64,000 bases of DNA. Source: Camelus ferus (lineage: Eukaryota). A program made the translations under genes and the position numbers. The first letter of the stretch is position 1, and each line of letters opens with the position of its first letter. Where the stretch lies: NCBI RefSeq assembly GCF_009834535.1, contig NC_045696.1, positions 18,106,001 to 18,170,000 of the forward strand. Reading direction: 5' to 3'. The notes beneath the pieces were generated by a model. That model saw only the letters and a program-made list of their open reading frames with translations, searched no databases and was not told the origin of the DNA. Positions 12,220-26,742 of the stretch are shown here, in pieces.

Positions 12220-15200
12220 TCAATCATTTTTCTCTTGACAAAAATCTATTCAAATATTTTCTCATTTTAAAATTGCATTACCTATCTTTTAATTGTGAAC
12301 TTTTGAGTTCTTTATTTTTTTTTGATAACATTCCTGTATCAGATAAATATTTTGTAAGTGTTTTTTTCCCATTCTCTGAATATCCTTTCACATTCTAGAT
12401 TTTTTTTTGAAGCAAAAATATTTCACTTAGATGATGTCTAATCTTTTGAGGCTTATTTTATGGCCTAACATATATTCTTCCTGGAGAATATTTCAGGTAC
12501 ATTTTAGAGAATGCATTTTCTGATGTCATTGGATAGAGTGTTCTGTAGATGTCTGTTAGGTATAGTTGGTTTATAGCATTATGTAAATCTTCTACTATTT
12601 CTTTTTTACTTTATGCCCAACTGTTTTATCCATTATTCAGAGTTGGTCAGTCTGCAACAATTTTTGTTGACCTGTCTATTTTTCCTTTCAATTCTTTTAT
12701 TTTTCAACATGTATTTTAAAGTTCTATATTTAGGTTCAAATATGTTTATAACTGTTCTGCCTCTGAAATTCACACTTTTATTATAGCAGAAAATCTGTTT
12801 TTGTCTCTAGTAATAGTTTTTTGTCTTAAAGTTAACATTATCTGATATTAGTATATCCACTCTATCTTTCACTGGTTACTGTTTGCACGGCATATCTTTT
12901 TCTGTCATTTTCCTTTTCACCTACTTGTGCTTTTGAACCAAAGGGTGGCTTCTGTAGATGGCAAAAACTGAGTCCTTTTTTTAAGTCCATTCTGCAAATC
13001 CATGTCTTTTAATTAAAAATTTTCGCCCCTATGCATTGAATGTAATTATAAAGTAAGACTTATGTCTGAGAGTTGCTCCTTGTTTATATATATATGCTCC
13101 ATTCATCCATTACTGACTTATTTTGTACCAAATATTTCAAATAGATTATTTTAACCCCCTTGTTGTTTCCTTAACTATACTTTGTTTGAATTATTTTTTT
13201 AGTGCTTGAGTAGGGATTATAATTAACATCTTCTATAAAATAATCTAGTCTGGATTAATACCTACTTAATTTAGACAGCATCAAAAATATGTTCTAATAA
13301 ACCTCCTTTTAATTCCCATCTTTTATGCTTTGTCATCCAAATTATATTTTTATGCATAACAACACAGTCAGCATAATCTTACAATTATTAATTTATGCAG
13401 ATGTCTTTTAAATCAGATAGAAGAAAAAAGTTACAAACAAAAATGCATCATGCTCTTTTTGAGATTTATCTATGTCGTTACCTTTATCAATGTACTTTAT
13501 TTTGTTGTGTGAATTCGAGTTACTATTTAGTGTCCTCTGCTTTCACTTTGAAAGGTTTTCTTCAGTATTTCTTTTAGGTATGTTCTGATGATGCCATTTT
13601 GCATATGTTGGTACTCTGATGGTGGGTCTCTGGTCTCTGAGGCTCTTATTCTTATTTCTGTTTGGCAGACTGGATAATATCAATTGACCTGTCTTCATTC
13701 TGCCAGCTAAAATTTGATGTTAAAACTACTCTTATTAATCGTACATTTCTGTTGTACTTTCCTAGTCCATAAGTGCTTTTTTGTTTGTTTAAATTAATTT
13801 TGATCTCTTTGTTGCCACCTTTATTTAGTGAAACACTGTAAGACTTTCCTTTTTGGAGAGGAACAAAAAAAGGTTGCATTGATTATTTCCAACAAATGCC
13901 CTTGAGAAAAGGTTGTTTACACTGGGAATCAGTTCTGAATCAGGTCAAATAAAAACAAGCCCTGCATTGAAAGGTTTCTAGGGGAATTGCCAAACAAGTC
14001 AAATAATACAACTCTCTAAGAATGTTGATTTGAGGGAATACGAATGCCATGTTGTCGCTTCCAGTGACTGCTAGGCTGTGGGTTTACACTTTGTTTGTGG
14101 GACTGTTGGTTTTCATAATTTCTGCAAAACTAGGTACAGGGAGTTGTGAATAAGGCAAGTTAAAATGCCACACAGTTCACTACTTCAGCCCTTTTTCTTG
14201 AATAAATACTCCCCAGCTTGTTGTAAGCCATTGGTTAATATCCATAGTTCTGAAATGTTGATTTAGATATTTTTGTAGTGTTTTTTTGTTTTTTTTTGCT
14301 TTTATAGAAGAAAGGATTTTTGGTGGCCCTTACTCTACTATCCTTGCCCACCTTTCCATTCAGTGCAACACATGTATTACAGTTTTATTTCTTTCCTAAA
14401 TTAACCATTTTTAAGAGTATAGTTCAGTAGTGAAGTATATTCCCACTGTTGTGCAACAGATTTCCTGAACTTTTCATCCTACAAAAATAACAACTCTCCT
14501 TTCCCTGCTCCCCCCAACCCCCTGGGAAACACCATTCTATTTTCTATATCAATATTTATTTTTATAATGACCATCTGAATGACTGTGATGTCTCATTTTG
14601 GTTTTCATAATGAGTGTTGTTGAGCATCTTTTCATATGTTCTTTGGACATTTGTTTATCCTCTTTGGAGAAATATCTACTTAAGTTCTTTGTTCATTTTT
14701 TATTTGGCTTATTTTTGTTGCTGTTGGGTTATAGGCATTCACTACATATTCTGGATATTAAAACTTTATCAGATCTATAATTGTACTTTTTCCCCATTGT
14801 GTAGGATGTCTTTTCATTTGTTGATTTTGTTCCACAGAAATCCTATTTCTATATTTTTGCTTTTGTTGCTTATGTTTTTGGTGTCATTTCCAAGAAATCA
14901 CTGCCAAATCCAATAACATGAAATTTTTCTCCAGTGTTTTCTTCTAAGAGGTTTTATAGTTTTAGGTCTTATTTTAGGTCTTTAATATATTTTGGGTTAA
15001 TTTGTAAGTGGGTTAAATTGAGTCCAACTTTATTCTTTCACATGTGAATATCTAGTTTTCCCACCGTCATTTGTTGAAGAGATTTTTCTTTCCCCATTGA
15101 GCGGTCTTGGCTCCCTTGTCAATGATTATTTAACTGTATATGTGAGGGTTTATTTTATTCTTTTTGATGCTATTATAAATGGTTTTTTCTTAATTTCATT

Positions 15201-17370
15201 TTTGAATTGTTCTTTGTTATTATATAAAAATGAAACTGATTTTTATGTTGATTTGTATCCTGGAAACTTTGCTGAAATTATTAGTTCCAAGAGGTTTTTG
15301 TGGAATATTTAGACTTTTCTACATAAAAGATCATATCATCTTAAAACAGAAATAATTTTACTTCTTCCTTCTCAATTTGGATACTTTTTATTTTTCCTAC
15401 CTAATTTTCTCTGACTAGGACTTCCAGTACTATGTTTAATAGAAGTGGTCAGAGTTGGCTTCCATGCTTGCACCTCATCTTAGAAGAAAAGTTTTCAGTC
15501 TTTAACCTTTGAGTATGATGTTAGTTGTTGTCTTTTTATATATGGCCTTTACTATGTTGAGATAGCTCCGTCATATCCCTAGCTTGTTAAATGTTTTTAT
15601 CATGAAAGGGTGCAGAATTTTGTCAAATAATTTTCCTGTATCAATTGAGATGGCTATGCCGTTTCTGTCCTTCATTCAGTTAATGTGCGCTATTACACTG
15701 ATTGATTTTCGTATGTTAAACAATCCTTGCATTTCAGGGGAAAATCCCACTTAGTCATGGTGTATAACCTTTTTAATGTGCTGGTGAATTCAGTTTTCTA
15801 GTATTTGTTGAGGAGTTTTATATTAATATTAATTAGGGATACTGATGTGCAGTTTTCTTTGTCTGCAGTTACCTTTGTCTGGCTTGGTGTAAAGGTAATG
15901 CTGGCCTTATAGGATGAATCTGGAAGTGTTTACTCCTGTTTAGTTTTTTGAAGCATATGAAAAAGACTGTTATATCTTCTTTAATGTTTAATAGAATTCA
16001 CCAGTGAAGTAACTGGTCCTGGACTTTGTTGGGAGGGTTTTGATCACTGGTTTAGTATCTTTACTAGTTACAGGTCTATTCAGATATTCTTTTTCTTCGT
16101 GACTCAGTCTTAGTAGGTTGCATGTTTTTAGATATGCATCCACTTATTTTAGTTTTTTCTAATTTACTGCCATACAGTTGTTCACAGTATTCTCTTACAA
16201 GACCTTTGATTGCTACATCATTGGCTATAATGTCCCATTTTTAATATCTTAGTTATTTGAATCATCTCTCTTCAGTTTTTCATTATTTTTGTTTTGCTCC
16301 TCTGAATTGATAATTTTGAATGACTTGTCTTAAAATTTGCTAGTATTTTATGCCTGGTTAAGTCTACCTTTGAGCCTCTCAAGTGAATTTTTGAATTCAA
16401 TTATTGTATTTTTCAGTTCCAGAATTTCTATGTGGTTCTTTTTCCTAGTTTCTATTTGTTGATATTCTAATTTCATTGATGCATCATTTTCCTGATTTTG
16501 TTTATCTGTCTATCTGCATCTTCACTGAATACCTTTAAGGCAGTTGTTTCAGTTTCTTTATTCAGTAATGTAGAGATACGCATTTTGTGGGTCAGTTCGT
16601 GGAGATTTAATTTGCTCTTTTATTGTGTCACATTTCTCTGTTTCTTTGTATAACTGTGATCTTTTGTTGAGACTTACGATTTTTAAAACAAGCAGCACCT
16701 CTCCCAGTCTTTACAGACTATCTCTTGCAGGGGAAGACTCTTCACCAGCCAGCCCAGCTAGAGGTTCTGGGACATCTCAAATTTCTTCTAAGGATGTGTC
16801 TTCACTGAGCTTGAGCATCTGCTTTTATTCTAGTATATATAGTTACTTTTAGCTACCTTAATTTCTCTAAAATGCTCACCCTCAGTAGCTTTTGGCTTCA
16901 TTTTCTAATGAATCACTATGCCTGTAATCTCTTGCTCCCTCCAGTGCCTGCCTGTAGAATAGCAGATTCCCTGCTGCTCTAATGCCCCTTGGTGCTACAG
17001 TTCTCCAATCTCTTATTCCAACTATGCCACTGTTCCCCAAGCAGTCAACTCAGGTGATAGAGTTACCAGTCCCTCAAGTAGACCCCAGACAAATTCAGAA
17101 CACTGGGTAGAGATTCCACTCTTTCCAGGAACCAGGAATTGAGAGCCTTCCTTCTGACTGTGCTGCATTACACCAGGATGGGAGATTGGCAAAGATGAGC
17201 TAAAAACAAACTTTTCAATCAAATCCTTTCTTGGCTATGTGTCAACTGGGTGCTGAATCTTCTTAAAAGTTTTCTAGAGTTCTCAAAAAGGTATTTTGGT
17301 CCATTTGGTTGTAACCTAATGTCTCCATTGGGGCAATTAAAGCCTGGAGATTCCTAGTGCACCATATTGA
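12220..17370 (-). mobile_element. Cluster of nested old L1 fragments (ORF2, ORF1, 3' UTR pieces), antisense
   Basis: Many antisense L1 hallmarks: TTCTGTAGATGTCTGTTAGG, GATGTTAGTTGT, AATCCCACTTAGTCATGGTG, AGAATTCACCAGTGAAG; an L1 3' end near 14370-14560. Confidence 0.8.
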
Positions 17371-19479
17371 CATCACCCTTCACATTTATTTATAAACATC
17401 AAAAGAGTCCCTCCATACATAGTATCTGGCAGCTATGCAGGAAAAACAAAAACAAAAAAAATCTAAAAAAAAAACAAAAACAAAAATCTAGCTTCATGCT
17501 TTCTTATATGAAAGAAAATCCAACCAGAAAAGGTGCTTTTAATTCAATAGCTTATTATCCAACACATGAGATACAAAATTTTAGTTAACAAATACAATTT
17601 CAAATATATTTTCTAAATGAGAGCTTTGATTTACTTTTTCATTTAACTTTTCATACTGAGTATACTTTTTAAAATTAACTCTTTAAAATATCTTTGAATT
17701 TTATACAATTAAATCTTAAATGTATTTTACTGTAAATTTTAAACTTTTCATGAAGAAGTATGTCTTTGATGTAAAGCTATTTTAGTTATAACTGTGCATG
17801 TGACAATGCTAAAATAACATCCAGAAAACCAAGGAGCGATATTTACTTGTCTATTCACTGTGAATTTTTTTAATGTCTAAATTTACAACAATATAATTTA
17901 TTATATTCTATGTTCAAGTTAATAAACCCCTTATATATTTATACATTTTGATATTATTTTATATAACTTTCCATTATGTATTTTGAAATTATATAATTTC
18001 TTTAATTTATAGGTAAGCAGATATATGATTTACTTTATTAAATACTAAAAAATTAGAATAGCATATGTTAGTGCTAAAAATAATATTCTACATTGTATAA
18101 TAGTTCTATTCCCTCATTTAGCAGATGGCAAAATTTGGTGCAGAAAGGTAAAAGTGCCTATCTCTGTTAGAGGAAGGAACAGGGTACAAGAGCTGGATCT
18201 GAGTATAGAAATGAGTTAGAGCCAAAACTTGACTTTCAGTCAGGTGAATACCGTCAGCATTCCCAACTAGAAAGATTTGTGAGAAAGATCAGAAACATGG
18301 GGACATTTTTTTTTCCCCTTCCTGTCAAATGACCCGGGTTTCAAACCACTGGAGTAGTTTACCTTATTCTGACTTCAGTATGAGGGTAGCCAAGATACCA
18401 GCTGGACTCAGAACAAGCAAAGACCAAGCCCATGTTAAAACTGCTCTGTATGTATTTCACCCGTAGGTAACCATCTCATAGTAGTAGAATTACAATAGTA
18501 TCACATACAAATTAATCCTAAAGTTATTAAGGAACAAGAAACAATGAGTCTGATAACTCCATTAACGAGTTGGTAGGAATTTTGGAGGGCTTGAAATAAA
18601 GATGAGAGATGAGGAAGAATAACTTTTTTTACTTTGTTTTAAAAGTGCAAACTATAGAAGAGAGATGTATTCTCTAGTTACCAGGATTTCAAGTTTTTTC
18701 CCATTGCAGTGTAAATTAGCATTAGGTAGGGAACACTGCCATGTGTATATAATTCCGTCACTGCTCCTCAGATTGAAATACTGAACTGAGACATCAGAAT
18801 GGAAAAATTAAAATTCACCTCCTGCTGCTCATGAGGATTTATCTCTCATTTATGATACAACACATTCTTCTTGTTAATCCATCTTTTCAAAAACATTTCA
18901 TGAAAATGTTGGTTAGATAAATATTCAAGATTTGTGTTACCATAAAAACTTTTTATTTTCTTGGTACTAATAATTACCATATTTTCTTTCATTTGTTTAG
19001 TTTTGTATGTTTTTATCACCATTTCTATTCCAAATTCTCCAACTGCCTCACATTCCTCTACTATGTTAAGATACATAGATATACAAACATTATCTTCCTA
19101 ATGAAAACATCTCCCAAGTCATATAACCTGCTTCAATTTTAATGAATTATTTCATATATCCCGTATAAAGCAGTCATCCTATCTGTCTTGTCCTAAGGAT
19201 TCCCTTTATCTCTTTATTCTGTTTACTGTAACTTGTATCTCCTTTTTTCTTTGTTTACTTCATTTAGGTCAGACACATCATGTAGTAATTTCCTGAAGAA
19301 AGTGTCTCAAAGTCACTTTTTTGAGAGTCTGTATGTCTGAAAATGCATTTATCCTACTGTCACAGTTTACCGGTATTTCTACTGGGCAGAGGATCATATA
19401 GTTTTGAAATAATGAAGGAACTTAGAGCAAAGAAACGGAGAGTTTGACCCTGTTTCGGACACTGCCTAAATACACTCGT

Positions 19480-19830
19480 AAGTGCTTCAAAGAGTAATGC
19501 AGCAAGGCTCAGTTAGCTTTCTTAAATTATCTCTTTGGCTGAAATATGGAAAATGATGTCATATGGAGCTAAGGAGCTGGAGCTGTCAGTGAGATCAGCT
19601 AAAAGGTTGTTTTGTAATCTAAGTGAGAGAGGGCAGTGTCTTGGATTAAAGTTAGAACAGTGATGGGTATTTGGGCATTGATTTTTAAACCGGCTGAAGT
19701 AAAGGAATGAGGAATAAATTTTTATCTGGATAGGAATGACTGTAACAGTCACTGAGCTGTGCAAAGTGACCACTGAGAAGGTTTGGAGCTTTCTGTGCTT
19801 GATGGGCCCGTTTGCATTCAAGTGAAGATG
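19480..19830 (-). mobile_element. L2 fragment
   Basis: AGGTTGTTTTGTAATCTAAGTGAGAGAGGGCAGTGTCTTGGATTAAAG...CAAGTGAAGATG antisense L2 pattern. Confidence 0.55.
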
Positions 19831-21799
19831 ATCTTACAGAACTTCCTCCCAAACAATGAAGCTAGAGTGGATTTATACTGCAGTTGACTTTGGTTTTGTA
19901 AATTTCCAAAGCATCAGAAAATTCCTTCTGAATACGTAATTCTCCTCAAAATTGCATTATCCACTTCTCTGTAGCGTAGTGTAGAAAAATACAAACAAAA
20001 TGTAAGATAGGCCTACACATTTCATTTACTTATTCTCTCAAAGGTCGTCTTTCCAATCTGTCCTTGATTATCTAAGCACATAAAATCCATCCTTATGTCT
20101 TAGAATGATTAAGAGGAACAAGTAAGATAAGTCGCATAAGGTGCCTGACACATACTACAATCTCAATAAATAGTTAGTTATTATTATTACACATTATTAT
20201 ACAGCATAACCCATACTACTTAATATATACTAAATATTTTTGTAAGGGTGGAAATAATGGGTATGAATTGTATCCTAATGCCTTCACATAGTACTTACAA
20301 ATACATATGGTCATTCTGTATACATAAATCATTGATAATTATCTGGGCCTATGAATAAAGTATGGAATTGGGATCTGATGGATTTACTCGTTGTGATCTT
20401 TTATAGAACATATTGAAATATTTACCATTGAAAGAAAAGAGATAACTTGTATGTTTTATTCATATAAACATACAATATAAGGGCTGTCCTTTAAAACTGA
20501 ATTAGCTTATTCTCATATACAGCAAAAATACTCTATAATTTACCACACCACATGAAGATCTTTATTTACAAACAACTAGCCAGATGCACTGCAAATAAAA
20601 TGATCATGGCTGAGCAATATGCTCTCAGGGGGTCATAATTCTCTGAAAGCTATGTTGACCTTTACAAACCACTAGGGTATCATTTGATGTAATGAGTGCT
20701 AATTTCCTAAGTGGTATCCCAGTGACCTAAAAGATTTTTCCCAACTTTTAAAAGTGCTTCTTAGTCCCCATGGTGTATTTTACACAGTGGGAAAACATGG
20801 TTCATTATCTCACAAATACACTTTACAGGCAAAGAACTTAATAATCACAAATGATTTTTTTTTTGCTTGACTTAAACTAGGTAACAATAAAAGGAATGTT
20901 TCTAAAAATAAAGTGAAATCCACCTGCACAGAGTCAATTATTATAATCCAAAATTTTCTTTTTCACTGAATTTCATCCAAAAAAAGGTATTCATCTACAA
21001 GCCAATTTTAGAAATCCTTTAAGATGTAAATGAGTATCAGAAGGGAGGGGCTATTTCAGGGCTAATTTCTTTAGTGCACTCAGAATGATGATTTTCATCT
21101 TCTCCTATTGCTCTCTAAGGCCCTTTTCTGGTTCTGCAAACTGATGTTTTGCTATTTTCAAGCTTGAATGGCAATTGGAACATATTTTTTAGTTCAATGA
21201 ATTTGTATCTAGGCAAGTTCCTAATTGCCTTACATAAACAGATTCTTCAATGCTTCTAAAAAATATTCTTACACAAATCACTGCCTTTACAAAGAATAAA
21301 ACTTAGATTTCTCCGAATGACAGGAAAAGAAGAGTAATGGAATGAACAGCATATTATACACAATATATTTCCATAACATGGTACACATATCCTTGCTTTT
21401 CCTTTGGGCATCATAAACATAAGTACCTAACCTAAGAGAGATAGGAAATCACGTCTTTCTCTTTCTCAATACTAATTTGAGATCAGAAGTCCTTTCTCAG
21501 AGTCATGGTCACATTTGAAACCACTACTTTAGAGATGGGAGGTTAGTTATTATGTTGAAACTTCAACTTAATGTGTAGTATATTGCTACAAAGAGTATTA
21601 ATGGATAATGAAGCAGGAATGTGTTAGTCCTCATGAAAAAAGTGGCCGGGTGGTGGGCAGAAGCATCTCTTTTTATTGAAATCCCATAAACATTTTTTTT
21701 TCTTTTTACAAATTCACATAGCAAATTTTCATTGAAGAATCCAGTTCATTATGACCTATTTTCTTCTCAGTTATGTCAAAGGAAAAACATGCATTCTAG

Positions 21800-21965
21800 T
21801 GCAGGGTAAAGACCGTATATTCCAAACTTTAATTTAGCTATAAAATCGCATGGGCATCTCATAGAAGTATGGATTTTTATTCAGCAGGGCCGCAGATTCT
21901 GTGTTTCTAAGATGCTGTCGGGGAATGCTGCTGTGCCTGAGATATGGACCATGTTTTGAGTAGGA
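21800..21965. mobile_element. MER5-like hAT-Charlie fossil
   Basis: ATTCAGCAGGGCCGCAGATTCTGTGTTTCTAAGATGCT...GGACCATGTTTTGAGTAG. Confidence 0.55.
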
Positions 21966-24214
21966 AGGGGGTAGAAAATGGAGCTACTCCTTTAACATCA
22001 TTAGATTACCAACAATGTTCAGGGTTCATAGTTCCTGAGGAACTACATGATTAATGCCTAGCTACCCATATGCAAAGTTCTTTTGTTAAACTGAAAATTG
22101 AAAGAAGAATCTACCACAGAGAAAGGATTATAGAATGGGGATTCTGCTACTACAATAACTGTCTTGTTCTGTCAATTTTTAGATTTATGACAAAGGTTAC
22201 CAAACTGCATATATCAGACACAGTCTAGAAACTTGGAAGAAAGTCGTTTCAGAGTTGAGTGGGGAGAAAGTATGGAGTATGGAGTCTCAATACTTAATAG
22301 GCAAAAGGATATGGTTGTTATTATGTAAAACTGAATGTGTTAATGTTCATTGATTTAACTAAATTCCACAAAAAGTAGGAAAGTTTATTAACATGAGATG
22401 GAACCAGATATAATTTTCATTGTACATCTAATAGGTCTAACCCTATAATCATGTCTATGTACAAGAAATGTTATTTCAGAATTAATAAAGTTTTGTTGAA
22501 TTGAGTATTTTATACTTCCTATACAAATAGTAGCATGAATGTTTTAATAAAAATATTAATAGCCAGTTACTTAGTTTATTATTCAATTACTTCAGGTATA
22601 TAATTATAAGTTGCAAATATCACATTATGACTATGACAAGAAGACTGAGTATATTCTATTTGAATAAAATGATTGCTCTTTCTACACTAAGATTTGAACA
22701 AGTAATATTAGATTTGTTTAGCAATGAAAACTACTTTATATAATTAAGTTTATTTTGATAGCAATACTACATTAGAAAAAATTCCTGTTTATTTAGAATT
22801 TAATAGGCATACAGTCTTTGCAAGAAATCTAGGTGGATTATAAATTTGGAGTTTGTAGTGTGCTAAAAAGCCTTTTAAAAAGGAACACTTTCCATCACAC
22901 AGTATAATCAGAATTTCTTCTGTATTTGAAAGGAAAGGTGAATAGCAATTATTTCAGTACCATAAATAGGGAATCTGGCAATGAGAGGAGTATGTGTTAC
23001 CTAGGGCAAAAGTAATGCATACACATGAAATGTGTGGGAATGTTATATGTAAGTTTATAGAACAAAAATCAGAAAACAAATGGTGAAGCTGGAATTGGAA
23101 ATAATGAAAATACAGCAGAGTTTGGAATTAACGATTAATAGTAAAATGTTCAGCTATGTTGCAGTTACAAGAATAGAAAAAAAGAAAAAACTTCAGTGGT
23201 TTAGCACAAAAATTGTTTATTTCTGCCTCTTACATGTTCTAAGTGTATTAAAGTACCCTGGTGCCTACAGTATTTAAACCTTCTACATAGCAGATTACAA
23301 AAGTTGCCACGGTAGAGCAAAGGAAAGGTAGAAAAGGCATAAAATCTGTCCTAGTCACCAGGCATTTTCCACACGTAGAACACACACATCTCCTCCTTGA
23401 AGGAAATAATCAAAGTTCTATCTTGTTAGTGACTGGTCTGCAATAATTCTGAAGAGCTGCTGGGAAGATATTTTGAAGGACTCTTATTCTAGGTGTGGGA
23501 GTGGGGTTCACAACAAGATTCAACAGTCAGTTCTCTCCGAAATCCTCTTTGAAATCCTTATTGTCCTGACTCCTGCCTTGTTCTGCTCCTGGGATTAACT
23601 ATAATTTGTATTTCTTGTCCACACATAAGGAAAGTAATGGGGAATACGCCCTCCCACAGTCGGCCAATTTTCTCAGCTTAATCCCTTCAGGAAGAAGCTT
23701 AGGGACCACAAGTTTTTTTGTTTGTTTGTTTATTTTCCTTCTTCTTTTTAAACCTCAAACAGTTAGTTTTCTAGTCCAATCTCTTAGGTTCCTTGCCAGC
23801 AAAGTTTCCTTAAAATTAGTTGCCTTCTCATCTATTTGGTACCAGTCATTTCCACGTGTTAATTACCAAACCCAAAGTTCTTTTGAGGCATATTTACGAA
23901 ATCTGTTTTATTTCTTGGAAATTTCACTTCCTTGCCCCACCTGATCCCCTCTCAATTAATGGAGGCTACCTTGAAATTATGTTCCAATGTTTAACTTGTG
24001 CCACTATTTTTGAGAAATTTTACTGGACTTTTTGTTCAGTCTTTGGTAATACCATCTCTTACCATCTGGGATCTTATACTAGTTGACTTTTCCAACTCTG
24101 TCAAGCAGGTGAATTCTTAACAAATTTTGCTTGCAACAGTGTTAAAACTTAGTATCTGATACTCATGCTCTTGGTGAACAGCTGGGGTTGAAGAAACATG
24201 CCCACACTTTTGTG

Positions 24215-24810
24215 CTACTGAAACGAAAGCCTTGCTACAATGAACAACCTTCCCCTTATGACTTAGCAGGAGACTTATGGACCACCACCCCACACACAAA
24301 CACCTTGTTTACTTGTACATAACCAGGCCAGAATCTCCAAATCCCATTCTTTGCCTCAGGAAAGATTAGTTGTTGTGGAACTTGTTTGTCATCACCAATT
24401 AATCAGAACAAAATGCTTGTTCAGTGACTTAACCAAACTGTAGTTAGGTGTCTCTCTTCACAGGACCCTCAACATTGACCCAGCCTTAGCCAGAGGGAGA
24501 ACATAGCCCATTCTGAAGACATTTTTCAAAAGTTTGAGGATCTACTGACCCCAGGGAAAAGCATTTTACAATATATCACTCTCCCACACTTGGTTCTTTT
24601 TATCCCTGTTCACTCTTCCTGATAAGAGGAAAGCCCTTTTCTGCCCTACTTTCGAGATGTTTGCAGATGTCCTGGTTGCAATGTTCTCCCTATTGAAATA
24701 GATCCCTTCCAAAAACCTCAGTAGTCCCTTTCATGCCTCTTGCAATAAACCTTTCCAATAAAGTCTGAAATCTTTTTTATTTGGATACTTCCAAGTCCAG
24801 TCATTTTTAG
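24215..24810 (+). mobile_element. ERV1-class LTR (MER31/MER67-like) within MaLR-derived sequence
   Basis: GAGATGTTTGCAGATGTCCTGG...GTTCTCCCTATTG...CTCTTGCAATAAACCTTTCCAATAAAGTCT 3' LTR signature with polyA signal. Confidence 0.6.
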
Positions 24811-25389
24811 AGATTGTCTCTTTCTCCTGAGATCTTGATAAACACAAGCCACAGCTACACTCACACACTATTAACATGTTTCTAACTTCCTCCGCTAGAG
24901 CTACAAGTTCAGTGGGCACAGAATTTCCTTTCCAGATGATTTTAGGCAATAGTTTCCTACATGTTTTGCTATTGCTAATATGAATCTCCACCTCTTTATG
25001 CCTAGATAACAGTTTCCTTACTTTCCCCAACCCAACTCATAAGCCAGGACCATACAATTAAGTTTTTCCTTTTGTTTGTTTGCTTATTTTTTCAGCAGCA
25101 TTCCACTCAGAGTCTGATTTCTATTTCAGTCTGCATAATGTTAGAAATGCTATAGAATCAATGCCCCACAGAAATTAAAAATTGAATTTTTCAGTGTTTG
25201 TTCACTCAGAGTTCACTAAAGCAAGTGGCTCTATTCCACCTTCAAGTGCATCTGGAAAAGTAATTCCTCACCGATGAACAGACACACATCACTTCAATTC
25301 ACAGTCTACCAACTGCAAAGAGTTACGTGATGCCAACCCAACGACAGTGAGAACGAGAAATATGAAGGAGTTACGGATATTTGGGGATA

Positions 25390-25520
25390 TTATATTCTCT
25401 CTACTGTGTGACAGAAAGAACAAGAGAAATAAGACCTACCTTACAAAAGCATCTTCAAACTAATTGATGATATAATTTCAATTCAATTAACTTACACATA
25501 CCCTACCCAAGAATAGATCT
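25390..25520 (+). pseudogene. MT-RNR2: NUMT fragment of mitochondrial 16S rRNA 3' end
   Basis: GAAAGAACAAGAGAAATAAGACCTAC...CCCTACCCAAGAATAG resembles the 16S 3' terminus. Confidence 0.8.
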
Positions 25521-25595
25521 GCCAGGTTAGTAGAGCCCACTAACTGCATAAAACTTAAACCTTTATTTCCAGAGGTTCAGTTGCTCTTCCAAACA
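25521..25595 (+). pseudogene. MT-TL1: NUMT pseudo-tRNA-Leu(UUR)
   Basis: TAGAGCCC..TAACTGCATAAAACTTAAACCTTTATTTCCAGAGGTTCA; TAA anticodon; acceptor stem degraded. Confidence 0.9.
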
Positions 25596-25597
25596 AC

Positions 25598-26540
25598 ATG
25601 TTTATAATCAACATTCTTTCACTAATTATTCCAATTTTACTCACCATAGCATTTCTTACACTAATTGAAAGGAAAGTCCTAGGCTATACACAACTCCAGA
25701 AAGGGCCAGACACCTTCAGCCTCTATGGATTATTACAACCCATTGCTGATGCACTCAAATTATTTATTAAATAACCATATGACCATCAACACCATCAGTG
25801 TCTATATTTATATTGCACCAATTTTAGCCTTAACAATCTGGCTTTCACAATATGAATTCCTCTTCCCCTATACATTATGAATTCCTCTCCTCAGATTCTA
25901 TCCACTAATCAATATAAACCTAGGTGTACTATCAATACTAGCTATATCAAGCCTAGCTGTTTATTCCAACTTCTGACCTGGATGAGCTTCAAATCAAGAT
26001 ATATACTAATGGAGCTCTTTGGGCAGCAGAACAATCTCATTTGAAGTAACATTAGCAATTATTCTCTTATCAGTCCTCCTACTAAGTGGATCACTTATAC
26101 ATTTAACACTAATTATTCCACAGAAACACCTATGACTAATTTTCCCATCCTGACCCCTAGCCATAATATGATTTATCTGTATTCAACATTTTATTTAACA
26201 GGAGAATCAGGAATCTTATCAAGCTTCAATATAGAATATGCAACAGGCCCATTCACCCTGTTCTTCTTATCAAAGTATACTAACATCATCATGATACAAA
26301 ATTTTCACAATAATCCTATTTTTAGGAGCATTTCAAAACCCTTATGTACCAGAACTAAACACAGCCAACTTTATTATTAAAACACTCCTCCTAACAATCT
26401 CCTTTCTATAAATCAACTCTCCACCCACAATTTCAGTGTGATCAACTTACACATCTCTTATGAAACACTTTTACCACTAACATTAGCCTTATGGATATGC
26501 GGTTGCATGCACACCATCGTATCAGGCAACCCACCGCAAA
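25598..26540 (+). pseudogene. MT-ND1: NUMT ND1 pseudogene
   Basis: ATG TTT ATA ATC AAC ATT CTT TCA CTA ATT ATT CCA = [12 protein letters not shown] (mito code); also [13 protein letters not shown] and [17 protein letters not shown]; frameshifts and deletions. Confidence 0.95.
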
Positions 26541-26604
26541 TACGTATGACAAAACAATTACGCTGACAGATTAAATAACAGAGGTTTAAATCCTCTTATT
26601 TCTA
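26538..26604 (+). pseudogene. MT-TI: NUMT pseudo-tRNA-Ile
   Basis: AAATACGTATGACAAAA...TAAATAACAGAGGTTTAAATCCTCTTATTTCTA; anticodon region altered. Confidence 0.85.
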
Positions 26605-26673
26605 GAATTATAGGAACTAATAAACCCTTAAGAATTCAAAATCCTTCATGCCACCGCATTACACCACAATTCA
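26603..26673 (-). pseudogene. MT-TQ: NUMT pseudo-tRNA-Gln
   Basis: TAGAATTATAGGAA...CTTAAGAATTCAAAATCCTTCATGC...ATTACACCAC between trnI and trnM; TTG anticodon on the minus strand. Confidence 0.8.
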
Positions 26674-26674
26674 T

Positions 26675-26742
26675 AGCAAGGTCAGCTAAATAAGCTATCA
26701 GGCCCATTCTCTGAAATGTTAATTTATATGCTTCCCAAACTA
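26675..26742 (+). pseudogene. MT-TM: NUMT pseudo-tRNA-Met
   Basis: AGCAAGGTCAGCTAAATAAGCTATCAGGCCCAT; CAT at 26705-26707. Confidence 0.9.

Noticed and set aside
25521..26742. Functional tRNA genes
   Set aside because: Mitochondrial-type tRNAs inside a NUMT with broken stems; pseudogenes
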